From an uncultured delta proteobacterium (GTDB taxonomy: Bacteria; Desulfobacterota; Desulfobacteria; Desulfobacterales; QNYZ01), in the NCBI GenBank assembly GCA_963845145.1, contig CAWJQU010000002.1, forward strand, positions 352,001 through 416,000: a stretch of 64,000 nt of DNA, written 5' to 3'. The notes under the pieces were generated by a model. It was not told the DNA's origin, searched no databases, and was given only the letters and a program-made list of their open reading frames with translations. Shown in pieces: positions 20,734 through 31,903 of this stretch. A program made the position numbers and the translations under genes. Each line of letters starts with the position of its first letter. Within the stretch, counting starts at the first letter, position 1.

Positions 20734-20781
20734 AGGTAATAAATATTTTCCGATTATGAAATTATCGAATGGAGAAAGCAC

Positions 20782-21336
20782 ATGCGAGATATCAAAGTCA
20801 AAGAAATAATGATTCCGATTGACCGATATGTAAGGGTAACTGAAGAAGATGGATTGATGGATGTCATTCAGGCTCTGGAAAATTCAAAGACTACAGAAAA
20901 AGAGCACGCCCACAGAGATGCCATCGTAATGGACCGGAATGGAAATTTTATTGGAAAAGTTACCATGGTCGATGTTTTCAGGGCTCTACAGCCAAATTAT
21001 CAGAAGGTCAATGTGGATGATATTGTAGCAGGTGGACATGGTGAGCTGAACAAAGAAGTGCTGATGAATATCTTAAATGATTTCGACCTTTGGGTAGAAC
21101 CTACAGAAGACATTTGTAAAAGAGGGGAAGCAAAAAAGGTTTCCGAGATAATGCATATACCCACAGATGCAGAGTATATACAGGAAGAAGACAGTATTGA
21201 AAAAGCACTTCACCTCTATGTCATGGGGGCTCACCAGCCCCTCATTGTTCAGAGGGAGAACGTCGTAACCGGTGCGCTCCGTTTTGGCGATATTTTTGAA
21301 ATTATACGAAAGAACCTGTTGGCCTGCGCAATATAA
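20782..21336 (+). CDS. CBS domain protein
   Basis: KVKEIMIP / KVSEIMH CBS repeats; GGAG RBS. Confidence 0.85.
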   Translation: MRDIKVKEIMIPIDRYVRVTEEDGLMDVIQALENSKTTEKEHAHRDAIVMDRNGNFIGKVTMVDVFRALQPNYQKVNVDDIVAGGHGELNKEVLMNILNDFDLWVEPTEDICKRGEAKKVSEIMHIPTDAEYIQEEDSIEKALHLYVMGAHQPLIVQRENVVTGALRFGDIFEIIRKNLLACAI

Positions 21337-21607
21337 ATACCCACCGGGTAGAGCCAGCCGGTGGATGTTCGGTTTCTTTTTCTACCCCTGTAAAACGAAT
21401 CATCCGGATCATCATAACCGCAGCCAGGCATCTCATTGTGTTTCTGCAGGGGATGATGAACGGGTTCGATCGTCCTTTGAGAGTGTGTTTTTTTCTTTTG
21501 GCCTGCTCAGGTCACAACTGTACGGTTACGAAATACGCTTTTTTTATGAATTACAGATGTTTATTTCTGTGGATGGACAATAGCTTGTTTATGGAGGGCA
21601 TCCAAAT

Positions 21608-23212
21608 ATGGATCCATTATGGATTGTGGCCGCATTTATCTTCGGAGCCGCTTCCAGCAGAATCGGCCTGCCGCCCCTTGTGGGGTACCTGGTTGCCGGG
21701 TTTGTCCTTAACGGGTTTGGCATTGAGGGCAGCGATACGCTAGGAAAGATTGCCGACACTGGTGTCACGCTGCTCCTGTTTACTATCGGCCTGAAACTGA
21801 AGTTGAAGAGTCTTGCCAAACCTGAAGTGTGGGCCGGTGCAACGATCCATATGCTCATCACCGTCGCCGTCTTCGTGGCAGGTATCTGGATTCTTGGTGT
21901 GGCGGGAATGTCCTACTTTCATCTTCTAGATTGGCAGACCACGATACTGATCGCGTTCGCTTTGAGTTTTTCGAGTACGGTTTTTGCGGTAAAAGTGCTC
22001 GAGGAAAAGAAAGAGATGGCGTCCCGCCACGCCGCTACTGCAATCGGTATCCTGATCATGCAGGACATTATCGCGGTTATCTTTCTATCGGCCTCTGCCG
22101 GGAAGGTCCCCTCCCCGTTGGCGATGGTTCTTGCAGTGTCGCTTTTTATCGTGAGACCGTTGCTGGCAAGATTGATGACCCAATGCGGACACGGCGAGCT
22201 GCTGATGCTGTTCGGGATACTGATGACCGCTGCCGGGTACAGTATCTTCGAAATGATCGGATTAAAAGGAGATTTAGGGGCGCTTTTGTTCGGTATGCTC
22301 TTGGCCGCTCATCCCAAGGCGTCTGAATTGGCCGATAGGTTGCTCAGCTTCAAAGACCTGTTTCTGGTCGGCTTCTTTTTAAATATCGGCATCTCTGGAT
22401 CACCGACGCTGGCGGGCTTTGGAATAGCGCTTTTGCTGGCGCTGGTCATGCCGTTCAAAGTGGTCCTTTTTTTCGGCCTCCTCACGCGCTTCAAGCTGCG
22501 CGCTCGGACATCGATGCTGGCTTCACTCAGCCTGGCCAATTACAGTGAGTTCGGTCTAATTGTCGGGTCTATCTGCGTGGCCAGCGGCTGGATCAGCAGC
22601 GATTGGTTAGTGATCATCGCCATTGCGTTGTCAATTACGTTTATTTTGGCGGCGCCGTTGAATGCTGCCGCCCATACTATCTACGGCCGTGTTGCGGGTC
22701 GCCTGAAACATTTTGAAACCGCTGAACGTCTGTCTGAAGATGAACCGATAGAGACCGGGGATGCAGAGGTTGCGATTATCGGTATGGGGGGCGTGGGGAC
22801 GGCCGCTTATGACGAAATGAAGCGTCGCTACGGCGATGTAGTGATAGGTGTGGACTTCAGCGCCGAATCGGTGGAAAAACATCGAAAACTCGGGAGAAAT
22901 GTGGTTTACGGTGATGCCGGGGACAGCGATTTCTGGGAACGGGTCGATCCGGTGAAAAGCCGGGTTAATTTGGTCATGCTGGCCCTGCCTGATCCAAAAG
23001 CCGGTATATTTGCCATTCGGCAGATGCATCAGAGAGGTTACCAGGGTCAGGTCACGGCGTCGGTGCGCTACGAGGATGAAATACGCATCCTGAAACAGGA
23101 GGGAATCGATGCCGCCTACAGCTTATACACAGAAGCCGGCGTTGGATTTGCCGACCACGCGTGTACCCACATGGATCACTGCCACATCCAGGATGCCGGT
23201 CTTACCTCCTGA
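21608..23212 (+). CDS. CPA2 cation:proton antiporter with C-terminal TrkA-N (KTN) domain, Kef-like
   Basis: LPPLVGYL, FSST, ILIMQD, SEFG; IIGMGGVG, YGDA. Confidence 0.92.
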   Translation: MDPLWIVAAFIFGAASSRIGLPPLVGYLVAGFVLNGFGIEGSDTLGKIADTGVTLLLFTIGLKLKLKSLAKPEVWAGATIHMLITVAVFVAGIWILGVAGMSYFHLLDWQTTILIAFALSFSSTVFAVKVLEEKKEMASRHAATAIGILIMQDIIAVIFLSASAGKVPSPLAMVLAVSLFIVRPLLARLMTQCGHGELLMLFGILMTAAGYSIFEMIGLKGDLGALLFGMLLAAHPKASELADRLLSFKDLFLVGFFLNIGISGSPTLAGFGIALLLALVMPFKVVLFFGLLTRFKLRARTSMLASLSLANYSEFGLIVGSICVASGWISSDWLVIIAIALSITFILAAPLNAAAHTIYGRVAGRLKHFETAERLSEDEPIETGDAEVAIIGMGGVGTAAYDEMKRRYGDVVIGVDFSAESVEKHRKLGRNVVYGDAGDSDFWERVDPVKSRVNLVMLALPDPKAGIFAIRQMHQRGYQGQVTASVRYEDEIRILKQEGIDAAYSLYTEAGVGFADHACTHMDHCHIQDAGLTS

Positions 23213-23639
23213 AAGGTGGGTCCGAATTATGATCTTGATAGTCACCTATAAGATACATTTCAATCGCAACCCGAAATCTTGGGTCTGTCCGTTTGTCATA
23301 TTCAGCGGCTGAGCATTCTCCAGAAACGTAATTCAACCCTAACGAAGGGAGTGACCCATGCCGGGTGTTTAATCATGATATAATTACAGCGGCTTATTGT
23401 TAGAAATTTTTTGGTTCTAAAATATTGATGATGATCAAAATCGAGAAAAACGTCATTACTTCCAGTGCAAAACAGAGATCAGGAATTAATGTGGCTTAAT
23501 ATCACAGCTGTGTTTCTGTTGGGTCTCACAGCTCCCCTCTTACCCGAATAGGATTTTTTGTTATAAGCAAATAAGTTATGCTGACTGCCAACACCACTGC
23601 TGCAATAGCTACTACTTAATCGGACGTAACCTTTTCCAA

Positions 23640-24185
23640 TTGCGAGACCGGATTTTGGCTGGATATATGATATCTGAATGTGGCAGATTTAAATATTCCA
23701 TACCGCCTGATTGTGCACGAATCTTGGGGGGGTACCTCTATCGTAATAAAAATACGAGATTATTTAGATCCTTTACTCGTAAAGTTGCGGCTATTATTTT
23801 GATCATTCTGATTTTGGGCATCGGCTTTGTCGCGCTCTATTTTGGTTACGGACAGAATAAAGCGCTCTACGAATCCTATGATGGCAATCTCCACGAACTA
23901 GCAGATGTCCTGCACCAATCAATTAAAATTTTAATGTTTCCCGGAGAGGCTCCTCTAGTCGTATCGCTGTTTAATGATATTCAAGCCATCAACCCGATGT
24001 ATGACATCTCACTGTATCGTCAGAATGGGGTTGTTGCATTTTCAGATGATTCGACGATTGATACGGTCAATAGGAATCTTGGCAGGATCCGATTTCGACC
24101 GAAGGCCGCGATGCTGAAGGGCGATCCAATGAGTACTGATAATGCCAACTTTATCCGTGCGATTGAGACAGGTTGCAGAAGATAA
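23640..24185 (+). pseudogene. Truncated membrane sensor gene (TM helix plus partial periplasmic domain)
   Basis: One TM followed by an extracytoplasmic-like region ending without a second TM or output domain; start unclear. Confidence 0.5.
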
Positions 24186-24280
24186 CGGCACCGTTGTTTA
24201 TTCCTGGTCATCATTGCTCTCCAACCATCCCCACAACCCCATGCGCAGCGGACCGGCAGATCGCGGTTTGACTGGTTCTA

Positions 24281-25438
24281 TCATCGACCGAATCGATCCG
24301 GTGAAAACATTTTGGTATCGACTTCAGGGGAAACGTCAGCCATGAGGTCCGCAAGGATTTCTCCAAGAACGGGTGCGAACTTGAATCCGTGCCCGGCAAG
24401 CGCGGCACCATAAACGTTTTCCGATCCAGGCCTTTTTCCGAGATAAAAATGACCGTCGGATGTCATGGTATATATGCACACTTCCGAAGATATCGGGCAA
24501 TGGTGAAGGCCGGGTAGAAACCGTTCAATCATATCTTTTATGCCGTCGACCTCATCCGGAAAAACCGCTCGATCAAGCGTCATCGGATCACAATCGGCAA
24601 GTTTGTTGTGAAATGCGATCTTCATTTGAGGTGAAGGACTAATCACCGGCAGAATATAAAACTCTGTAAGGTTTTTCGGAGCCTCCAAACGCTCACGATC
24701 GGGCACCTGCCAGAAGGAGACCGGAAAATGGCCCAAGTGAAGGCTTGGATCTTCCGGAACTTCTATCCAATGCACAGGAACTCGTTTTGGCTGCAGCGGA
24801 TTTCCAGGCAAATCGAGCAGCCCGTTGGTCCAGGCGCCTGCCGATATGAGCACTCGACCGGTTTCATAAGCATTTCGCGCAGTATGAACGAGTACATGAC
24901 CATGGTCCTCCGACCACCGATTCACCGGTTCATCGAAAGCCAGATCGGCCCCCGCCTTTTCAGCCTCGGCTAAAAAGGTCTTGATGCTCAATTCCGGGAA
25001 CACGATGCCGGCCGATTTTTCCAACCCGGCGACAAATGTATCGGGCAGGGCCAGTTGCGGCCATTTTTTGCGGACTTCGGATGCGTTGAGGACCGCGTGG
25101 GGAATATCGTATGTCTGCGCACTGGCCATAAACCCTGCAACAGCAGGGCTGTCTGGTGGGCCAATGGTCAGGTTGCCAGTTTCGACGAGCAGATCCCGCC
25201 CTGAATCTCTTTCCAGTTTCCGCCATAGCTCCCAGGATTTCAGCGCCATCGGTACATAGGCGGTGCCCTCCAGATAGGCTCGGCGCACACTCCGTGAGGC
25301 GCCGTGATGACTGCCCATAGCGTGTGGGGGACGGTGTTTATCGATACCCAGGACGCGAAACCCCCTACGGGCTAATGTCATGCAAGTTGCCGAACCGGCT
25401 GTGCCTAAACCAATAATGATAAAGTCATATATGGGCAT
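24281..25438 (-). CDS. solA: Monomeric sarcosine oxidase / N-methyltryptophan oxidase family flavoprotein
   Basis: IIGLGTAGS, GSHHGASR, AGAW, CIYTMT (flavinylation Cys position), GHGFKFAP. Confidence 0.85.
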   Translation of the reverse strand: MPIYDFIIIGLGTAGSATCMTLARRGFRVLGIDKHRPPHAMGSHHGASRSVRRAYLEGTAYVPMALKSWELWRKLERDSGRDLLVETGNLTIGPPDSPAVAGFMASAQTYDIPHAVLNASEVRKKWPQLALPDTFVAGLEKSAGIVFPELSIKTFLAEAEKAGADLAFDEPVNRWSEDHGHVLVHTARNAYETGRVLISAGAWTNGLLDLPGNPLQPKRVPVHWIEVPEDPSLHLGHFPVSFWQVPDRERLEAPKNLTEFYILPVISPSPQMKIAFHNKLADCDPMTLDRAVFPDEVDGIKDMIERFLPGLHHCPISSEVCIYTMTSDGHFYLGKRPGSENVYGAALAGHGFKFAPVLGEILADLMADVSPEVDTKMFSPDRFGR

Positions 25439-25449
25439 GTGGTCTCCTG

Positions 25450-25760
25450 ACTTTCTCCGGTTAACCAGATGCGGGTAATGGTATTTCCGGGTGCTGATCC
25501 GCTGAGTGTAGCGTCCGCCGACGCTTTTTGTCAAACCGCACAATCAATGGCCGGTGGGACAATTTCCCCGTCAACATCAGTTCGCCATTTTCGAAAATAG
25601 CATCTGATCCAGTTTGCCAGCCAACGGTTTTGTGTTTGTGGCTTACCAAGATGATGCATTGTTGGGAATGATTGCGGGTAAAATTTCACCTTGCCGGAAA
25701 AGCTGGCGGATACGGTCATGGTAATGGGCATCTGTGGATTCGCACAATTTAAAATTCATG
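25450..25760 (-). pseudogene. Possible frameshifted gene remnant upstream of solA
   Basis: Protein-like segments in different frames (DAHYHDRIRQLFRQGEILP / HKTVGWQTGSDAIFENGELMLTG / GRYTQRISTRKYHY); family not recognised. Confidence 0.3.
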
Positions 25761-25876
25761 TGCATTTCAAGATCGCAGTGGGCTTGATTTCCGCTATTTA
25801 ATCCGGTAGCTTAGTTGATCTATCCACTTTTAACGATCCCCATCTTAAACCATCCATCCCAAAGGGAGGCAGTGCT

Positions 25877-26494
25877 ATGAAAAAAAGCGAAATTATTTTC
25901 ACCAAGTACAGTCCACTCATGGCAGTGGATACGAAACTGGTCGACAGCGACGGTAAACCCACCGATACGACCCGCGTCTATTCCCTCTGTCGATGTGGCG
26001 AATCAAAATTCAAGCCCATGTGCGATGGTTCCCATGCCCAGGCGGAATTTGTTGGCGAACGGGAGGATCCCAATAAACCCGCTTTGGAATATTACGAAGG
26101 CAAGGATATCACGATCGTATACGACCGTTATTTATGCATGGGAGCAGGCCACTGCGGCGAACTGGAAGCGGTGTTCGGGACCCACGATGCCCCCAAATAT
26201 GAACCGGATGCAGCGCCTGTAGCAGATATCATCGCCACCATAAAAAAATGTCCCTCCGGTGCGTTAACCTACATCCTCAACGGAAAGCATGCGAAAGAGT
26301 GGTTCAAGGAGACACGTATTTATGTCGATAAAGATGGTCCGCTCCACTGTCAGGGGGACATTGAAATGAAAGACGATCAGTCGTCGGAAACATTTCTTCC
26401 CGACGCGGACCACTATACCCTTTGCCGTTGCGGCAAGTCGAAAAAGAAACCACTGTGCGACGGATCTCACGAAAAACACGGCTTTCTGGGCTGA
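25877..26494 (+). CDS. CDGSH iron-sulfur protein (two CDGSH motifs flanking a ferredoxin-like domain)
   Basis: LCRCGESKFKPMCDGSH and LCRCGKSKKKPLCDGSH; central CMGAGHC...CPSGAL. Confidence 0.92.
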   Translation: MKKSEIIFTKYSPLMAVDTKLVDSDGKPTDTTRVYSLCRCGESKFKPMCDGSHAQAEFVGEREDPNKPALEYYEGKDITIVYDRYLCMGAGHCGELEAVFGTHDAPKYEPDAAPVADIIATIKKCPSGALTYILNGKHAKEWFKETRIYVDKDGPLHCQGDIEMKDDQSSETFLPDADHYTLCRCGKSKKKPLCDGSHEKHGFLG

Positions 26495-26601
26495 CATAAG
26501 GTGCTAAAGATCCGTTGCCACAATCGAGTATCAAACGGTTGTGCCAATCGTTTGCATGAGAGGGTGTACACGCACTTGCTCGAATACAAATAGGGAGCCC
26601 C

Positions 26602-27978
26602 ATGAGCGATTATGATGTTGTTGTTATCGGTACTGGTACGGCCGGGCAAAGCGCCGCTTACGAATTGAAGAGAAACGGCCTGAACATAGCGGTTGTGGAA
26701 AGAAGCACGACTCCCGGAGGTACTTGCGCACTTGCCGGATGCCAAGCAAAAAAGTGGTTCTATGAAGCTGCTGAGATTGCTGCCAAAGCAAATCATTTAA
26801 AAGGCAAAGGCATCGTGGCCACCCCACAGTTATCTTGGACTGATGTGTTAAAGGAGAAAAATAAATTTACAGGTGCCGTCCCGGATGGCACCCTATCCGG
26901 TTTTAAGGAAGCGGGCATCAGCGTCTTCACAGGTGCCGCCCGTTTTTTCGATGACCATTGCCTTAATGTTGATGACCATACGATTTCATCCCGCTTTTTC
27001 GTCATTGCCACTGGTGCCCGCCCCATGGCGCTGCCCATCGATGGCATCCAAAACGCGATAACTTCCGATCAATTCTTGGAACTGCCGTCGCTGCCTCGTC
27101 GCTTTGTCTTTATCGGCGGCGGCTTTATTGCTTTTGAATTCGCGCATTTCTTGGCTCGTTTAGGGGCCGGAGATTCCCAGAAAACCGTTATTTTGGAAGC
27201 GGCACTACGACCGCTGGGCTCTTTCGACGCCGAAATGGTGTCCTTATTGGTGGCAGCCTCGAAAGCCGAGGGCATTGATATCCATACGGGTGTTAACATT
27301 ACTGCCATAGAGAGGCAAGGGAACGCCTTCAAGGTGCTAACAAAAGATGGGATTGTTTACGACACCGATACGGTCGTTCACGGTGCCGGCCGTCAGGCGG
27401 ATATCGAGGACTTGGGTCTGGATCTTGCCGGCATCGGCTTCTCACGCAGGGGAATTACAGTTAATAACAAAATGCAGACAACACATCCGCATATCTATGC
27501 GGTTGGCGATTGTGCGGCAACAATCCAGCTTGCCCGCGTTGCCGATGAAGAGGCTATGGTTGCCGCAGAATCCATTATGGGCAATCAAAACAGCGGTAGA
27601 TGGATGGCAATGGACTACTCGGCCGTGCCGTCAGTTCTTTTCACCTATCCCCAATATGGCATGGTTGGGACTACTGAAGAGGCTCTCAAGGCTGAGGGTG
27701 TCTCATATCGAAAGAGTTTCGGACAGCACCTCACTTGGCCGACCTACCGACGGATCGGCATGACCAAGGCGGCCTATAAAATCCTCGCCGGAGAAGATGG
27801 CACCTTGTTGGGAGCGCACATTCTCTCGGACAATGCCGCGGGAATTATCAATACCATTCGTCTCGCCATGCTGAATCAAATACCGGTGGAAACCTTATAC
27901 CGGCAAAGCATGATGTCACCCTACCCGTCTCGAGAGAGCGACATGCTTTATATGTTGAAACCACTGATTCGCAGATAA
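26602..27978 (+). CDS. Glutathione reductase-like pyridine nucleotide-disulfide oxidoreductase
   Basis: GTGTAG, GGTCALAGCQAKK redox disulfide, GGGFIAFE, YAVGD. Confidence 0.88.
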   Translation: MSDYDVVVIGTGTAGQSAAYELKRNGLNIAVVERSTTPGGTCALAGCQAKKWFYEAAEIAAKANHLKGKGIVATPQLSWTDVLKEKNKFTGAVPDGTLSGFKEAGISVFTGAARFFDDHCLNVDDHTISSRFFVIATGARPMALPIDGIQNAITSDQFLELPSLPRRFVFIGGGFIAFEFAHFLARLGAGDSQKTVILEAALRPLGSFDAEMVSLLVAASKAEGIDIHTGVNITAIERQGNAFKVLTKDGIVYDTDTVVHGAGRQADIEDLGLDLAGIGFSRRGITVNNKMQTTHPHIYAVGDCAATIQLARVADEEAMVAAESIMGNQNSGRWMAMDYSAVPSVLFTYPQYGMVGTTEEALKAEGVSYRKSFGQHLTWPTYRRIGMTKAAYKILAGEDGTLLGAHILSDNAAGIINTIRLAMLNQIPVETLYRQSMMSPYPSRESDMLYMLKPLIRR

Positions 27979-28259
27979 CGACCAGGGGGTCGAGAGGTAG
28001 CATTTAAAATGAAATTACAAAAAGTTGGCGAATATTGAGGTTGATTGATACAGGTTTTGGCTGCTTTGGATAGTTTCATGGCTTTCCTTCTTGGGTTGAC
28101 CCTTTTGGAGGCCAAAAAATATGCGGCTGGAGAATGGAAGAAAGCTCATAACCAGAAAAACGGCTGGAAGGGGTGGAACATTATCATGCCTGGATGCGGG
28201 GTAAACAAAGATTTTCAACTCAGGTTGCAGAAGCTTATTCACTAATGAGATGATGACCT

Positions 28260-29324
28260 ATGCCGAAACAAAATCAAACACCAGAAAAATCCGATAACGC
28301 CAAAAAATATATAAACCTAGCCTTACAGGGAGGTGGGGCGCATGGGGCATTTACCTGGGGCGTTTTAGATCGAATACTGGAATCTGAACGAATTGAAATA
28401 GCCGCCATTAGCGGTACGAGCGTAGGCGCCATGAATGCGGTTGTCTTGGCGGACGGGATTATGGCAGGGGGTAAAGAGGGTGCCCGTGAAGCATTGGGCA
28501 AATTTTGGCGCGCTGTGCATGAAGCCGCAGTCTTGAGCCCTTTCCAGCGAACACCATTTAATATGATTACGAATAACTGGAATCTGGACTATTCCCCTGG
28601 ATATTTATTCTCGGATATTTATTCACGCCTGATGTCGCCGTATCAATCAAACCCATTGAATTGGAATCCCTTGAAGGAATTATTGACCAAACAGGTGGAT
28701 TTTGAACGGGTGCGGTCCTGTAATAAACTCAAACTATTTATCAGTGCCACAAGCGTTCACAATGGGCATGTCAAACGGTTTGACCGGACCCGATTGACCG
28801 TGGATAAAGTGATGGCATCGGCATGCTTGCCCTATATATTCCAAGCAGTTGAAGTGGATGGAGAGGATTATTGGGATGATGGTTATGCAGGCAATCCAAT
28901 TTTATATCCATTTGCCTACCACAGTGATGCCCGAGATATTGTTATCGTACAAATCAACCCATTGACCTGTCAAAAAACCCCTATAACTGCCCAAGATATT
29001 TTAAATCGCGTCAATGAAATTACCTTCAATGCCAGCTTGCTGCACGAATTGCGGGCCATTGATTTTATTGCCCGGCTGCTGGATGAAGGAAGTTTAGACT
29101 CTAACCGTTATCGAAAAATATTTATCCATTTGATCTCAGATGAGAAAGGGTTTGAACAGCTGAATGCATCGAGCAAACTGAATACGGAATGGAGCTTTTT
29201 AAAACATTTGCACTCCCTGGGATATGCCGCGGCTTCAAGCTTCCTAAAGAAACACTACGCTAGTATCGGGATTCATTCTTCAATGGACGTTCCAGGGTCA
29301 TTGCGCGGATGCACGACTAATTGA
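28260..29324 (+). CDS. Patatin-like phospholipase
   Basis: LQGGGAHG, GTSVG nucleophile, ASACLP, WDDG (variant of DGG). Confidence 0.88.
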   Translation: MPKQNQTPEKSDNAKKYINLALQGGGAHGAFTWGVLDRILESERIEIAAISGTSVGAMNAVVLADGIMAGGKEGAREALGKFWRAVHEAAVLSPFQRTPFNMITNNWNLDYSPGYLFSDIYSRLMSPYQSNPLNWNPLKELLTKQVDFERVRSCNKLKLFISATSVHNGHVKRFDRTRLTVDKVMASACLPYIFQAVEVDGEDYWDDGYAGNPILYPFAYHSDARDIVIVQINPLTCQKTPITAQDILNRVNEITFNASLLHELRAIDFIARLLDEGSLDSNRYRKIFIHLISDEKGFEQLNASSKLNTEWSFLKHLHSLGYAAASSFLKKHYASIGIHSSMDVPGSLRGCTTN

Positions 29325-29459
29325 ATAGTTCCTGCAGCAAAATCTCCCCTTGGAAAAGTCAACGCTTGATGAACGGGGTCAAGTTTACATCTTGAAATCT
29401 ATTGTTGGTTCGACGAAAAAAAATTATGCCATCCGAGTAACCGATGAGTTGGAAAAACA

Positions 29460-31388
29460 ATGGACTCTTTGACCCAGTTAACATTTGGGGCTGCCTGTGG
29501 AGAGGCAATTTTAGGTCAAAAGGTTGGAAGGAAGGCACTTGTTTGGGGTGCAGTCTTAGGAACATTACCTGATCTGGATGTCTTTATCCCCCTCGGCGGC
29601 CCGGTAAATGACTTTGTATACCACCGAGGCTTCAGCCATTCTCTCATCCTCCTGGCTCTCTTGTCGCCGATCTTCGCTTGGCTGATTTGGAAAATACATT
29701 CTGACACGAAACGTCATTATCGCGGATGGGTTCTGCTGTCCTTTCTTGTACTGGAAGCCTGTGTGCTGTTGGATCTGCTGACCATATACGGAACACAAAT
29801 CTTTTGGCCTTTTGATTCTACGCCCATGGCATTCCCGGTTCTATTCATCATTGACCCCCTTTTTACTTTACCGATTTTATCGGGCGTCATGGTGGCGCTG
29901 GTGCTAAACAGACATCGTTCGTTAGGCCATCGACTCAATACAATTGGCCTGCTTGTCAGCCTGGTTTATCTTGCCTGGGCGTTTGGTGCTAGGGAATTTG
30001 TCGAACGCAGGGTGACGGAAAAGCTTGCTCGCCAGGAGGTGTCCTATTCCCAGTTGGTATCCTCTCCGGCGCCGTTCACCACTTTGCTATGGCGGGTTGT
30101 GGGCATCGAGAAAGACAGATATTTCGAAACTTATTTTTCGCTATTCGAAGGGGAGACCTCGTTGTTCGTCGATTTCTACCCCAGAAACTTGGCATTGATG
30201 GCCGGAATAGAAGAACATCCTCCGGTTGTCAAACTGACAAGGTTCACCGAGGGGTATTATGCCTTTTCAACCGAGGGCGAGCATGTGGCCATGACCGATT
30301 TGCGAATGGGTTCAGAACCCGACATGCTGGGTGTAATTATCGGCCATACGGAATTGGTCATGGAACAAACGGATCTAGATTCCCCGATGTATGATGATCT
30401 TAAGGAGATCTATAAGGCGTCTCGCCGTTCAGCAGATCTCACCCGGCAGCTATTAGCGTTTGCCCGAAAGCAAATGACTGCGCCTAAGGTCATAGATATC
30501 AACGATACGGTAAGCGGGATGCTCAAGATGTTGCAAAGACTAATCGGCGAGGATATCGACCTGGTCTTTATGCCAGGGGCCAACCTGTGGCCAGTCAAGA
30601 TTGACCCTGGGCAAATTGACCAGATCATGGCCAATCTATGTATCAATGCCCGAGACGCCATTGGCGGGGTGGGTAAGGTCGCCATCGAGACTGAAAACAT
30701 AGTTCTGGATCAAGTCTTTTGTTCTGAGCATGCGGGTTCTATACCAGGTGATTATATCTTAATAAAGGTCATCGACGATGGTTGCGGTATGGACAACCCA
30801 ACATTGGAAAAATTATTTGAGCCATTTTTCACCACAAAGATGGTTGGTGAGGGGACCGGATTAGGCTTGTCCACCGTTTATGGGATCATAAAACAAAACC
30901 ACGGATATATTGATGTTTACAGCCAGCCGGGACAGGGGGCAACATTTAAAGTTTACCTCCCACGGACACATGCGATCTTAGAGACAAAAGAAAAACCAGT
31001 GTCGGGTGCAATCCAAAAAGGGACCGAGACAGTTTTATTGGTGGAAGACGAAGCGTCTGTTTTACGCTTGGCCAAGTCTGTACTTGAGCGATTTGGATAC
31101 ACAGTCCTTGAGGCGCAGACTCCTGAGGAAGCCCTGTCTATAGCTGAAAAGCACGAAGACCCGATTCATCTTTTAATCACGGATGTGGTGATGCCTGAGA
31201 TGAACGGTAAAGACTTAAAGTCGCGAATAGAGGACTTGAAACCCAATGTAAAAGTTATGTTTATGTCTGGCTACACGGCCGATGTAATCGTGCATCAAGG
31301 AATTCTCGAAGAAAATGTCCATTTTATCCCGAAACCATTTTCTGTTAAAGATCTTGCTGGTAAGGTGCGAGAGGTATTGGACGAGTGA
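29460..31388 (+). CDS. Chimeric ORF: YdjM-like membrane metal-dependent hydrolase fused to H-box-less kinase ATPase and receiver domains
   Basis: MDSLTQ..LPDLD..HRGFSHS N-part; after DLRMGSEPD the sequence switches to MLGVIIGHTEL..NARDA..FEPFFTTK..GTGLGL..LLVEDE..TDVVMP. Confidence 0.8.
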   Translation: MDSLTQLTFGAACGEAILGQKVGRKALVWGAVLGTLPDLDVFIPLGGPVNDFVYHRGFSHSLILLALLSPIFAWLIWKIHSDTKRHYRGWVLLSFLVLEACVLLDLLTIYGTQIFWPFDSTPMAFPVLFIIDPLFTLPILSGVMVALVLNRHRSLGHRLNTIGLLVSLVYLAWAFGAREFVERRVTEKLARQEVSYSQLVSSPAPFTTLLWRVVGIEKDRYFETYFSLFEGETSLFVDFYPRNLALMAGIEEHPPVVKLTRFTEGYYAFSTEGEHVAMTDLRMGSEPDMLGVIIGHTELVMEQTDLDSPMYDDLKEIYKASRRSADLTRQLLAFARKQMTAPKVIDINDTVSGMLKMLQRLIGEDIDLVFMPGANLWPVKIDPGQIDQIMANLCINARDAIGGVGKVAIETENIVLDQVFCSEHAGSIPGDYILIKVIDDGCGMDNPTLEKLFEPFFTTKMVGEGTGLGLSTVYGIIKQNHGYIDVYSQPGQGATFKVYLPRTHAILETKEKPVSGAIQKGTETVLLVEDEASVLRLAKSVLERFGYTVLEAQTPEEALSIAEKHEDPIHLLITDVVMPEMNGKDLKSRIEDLKPNVKVMFMSGYTADVIVHQGILEENVHFIPKPFSVKDLAGKVREVLDE

Positions 31389-31903
31389 TAATTGGGCTTA
31401 AATTATAATTCGTAGATTTTCTTTTTTCTCTATAATTTAAAGGATTTTTTATTGGAATACGAAAACTAAATTGACTAAGTGACCAAAAGAAGAAACTTTC
31501 ATTTCAGTCAACAATATTAAAAATACGTCCCTATTTTTTTATAACAAAGATTGTTATCCAAATTACAAATAAGCTGACATGAATATCATTTGATAGAAAT
31601 AATTTATAGCAAACTCACTTAATTCATCTAAGTGAAACACCTTTATTTAGAATTGTGGCGAATAAATCACACACAACATATTGTATATTTTTATCATCCC
31701 TCCCCATATATGGTACATAGGTTTAGTTCTATCTGATATCGACCGCTTCTTTCCTTCACTGAATTTCAAGTCGCATCCTCTGGTAAACTATTTGCATTAA
31801 AATTTAAGACTTAACGTAGAATTATTGAATTTAAAAACAATTATTTTCATAGGGAGCCCACGGAGAGAAGATATTTTGTATATTGTGTCAACTTGAGGTT
31901 GCG

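Noticed and set aside
21340..21600. Riboswitch (c-di-AMP or fluoride) before the Kef-like antiporter
   Set aside because: Hairpins exist but the consensus motifs are absent; the first hairpin is more likely a terminator
28045..28245. 66-aa ORF before patatin
   Set aside because: No recognisable motif or RBS; possibly a remnant
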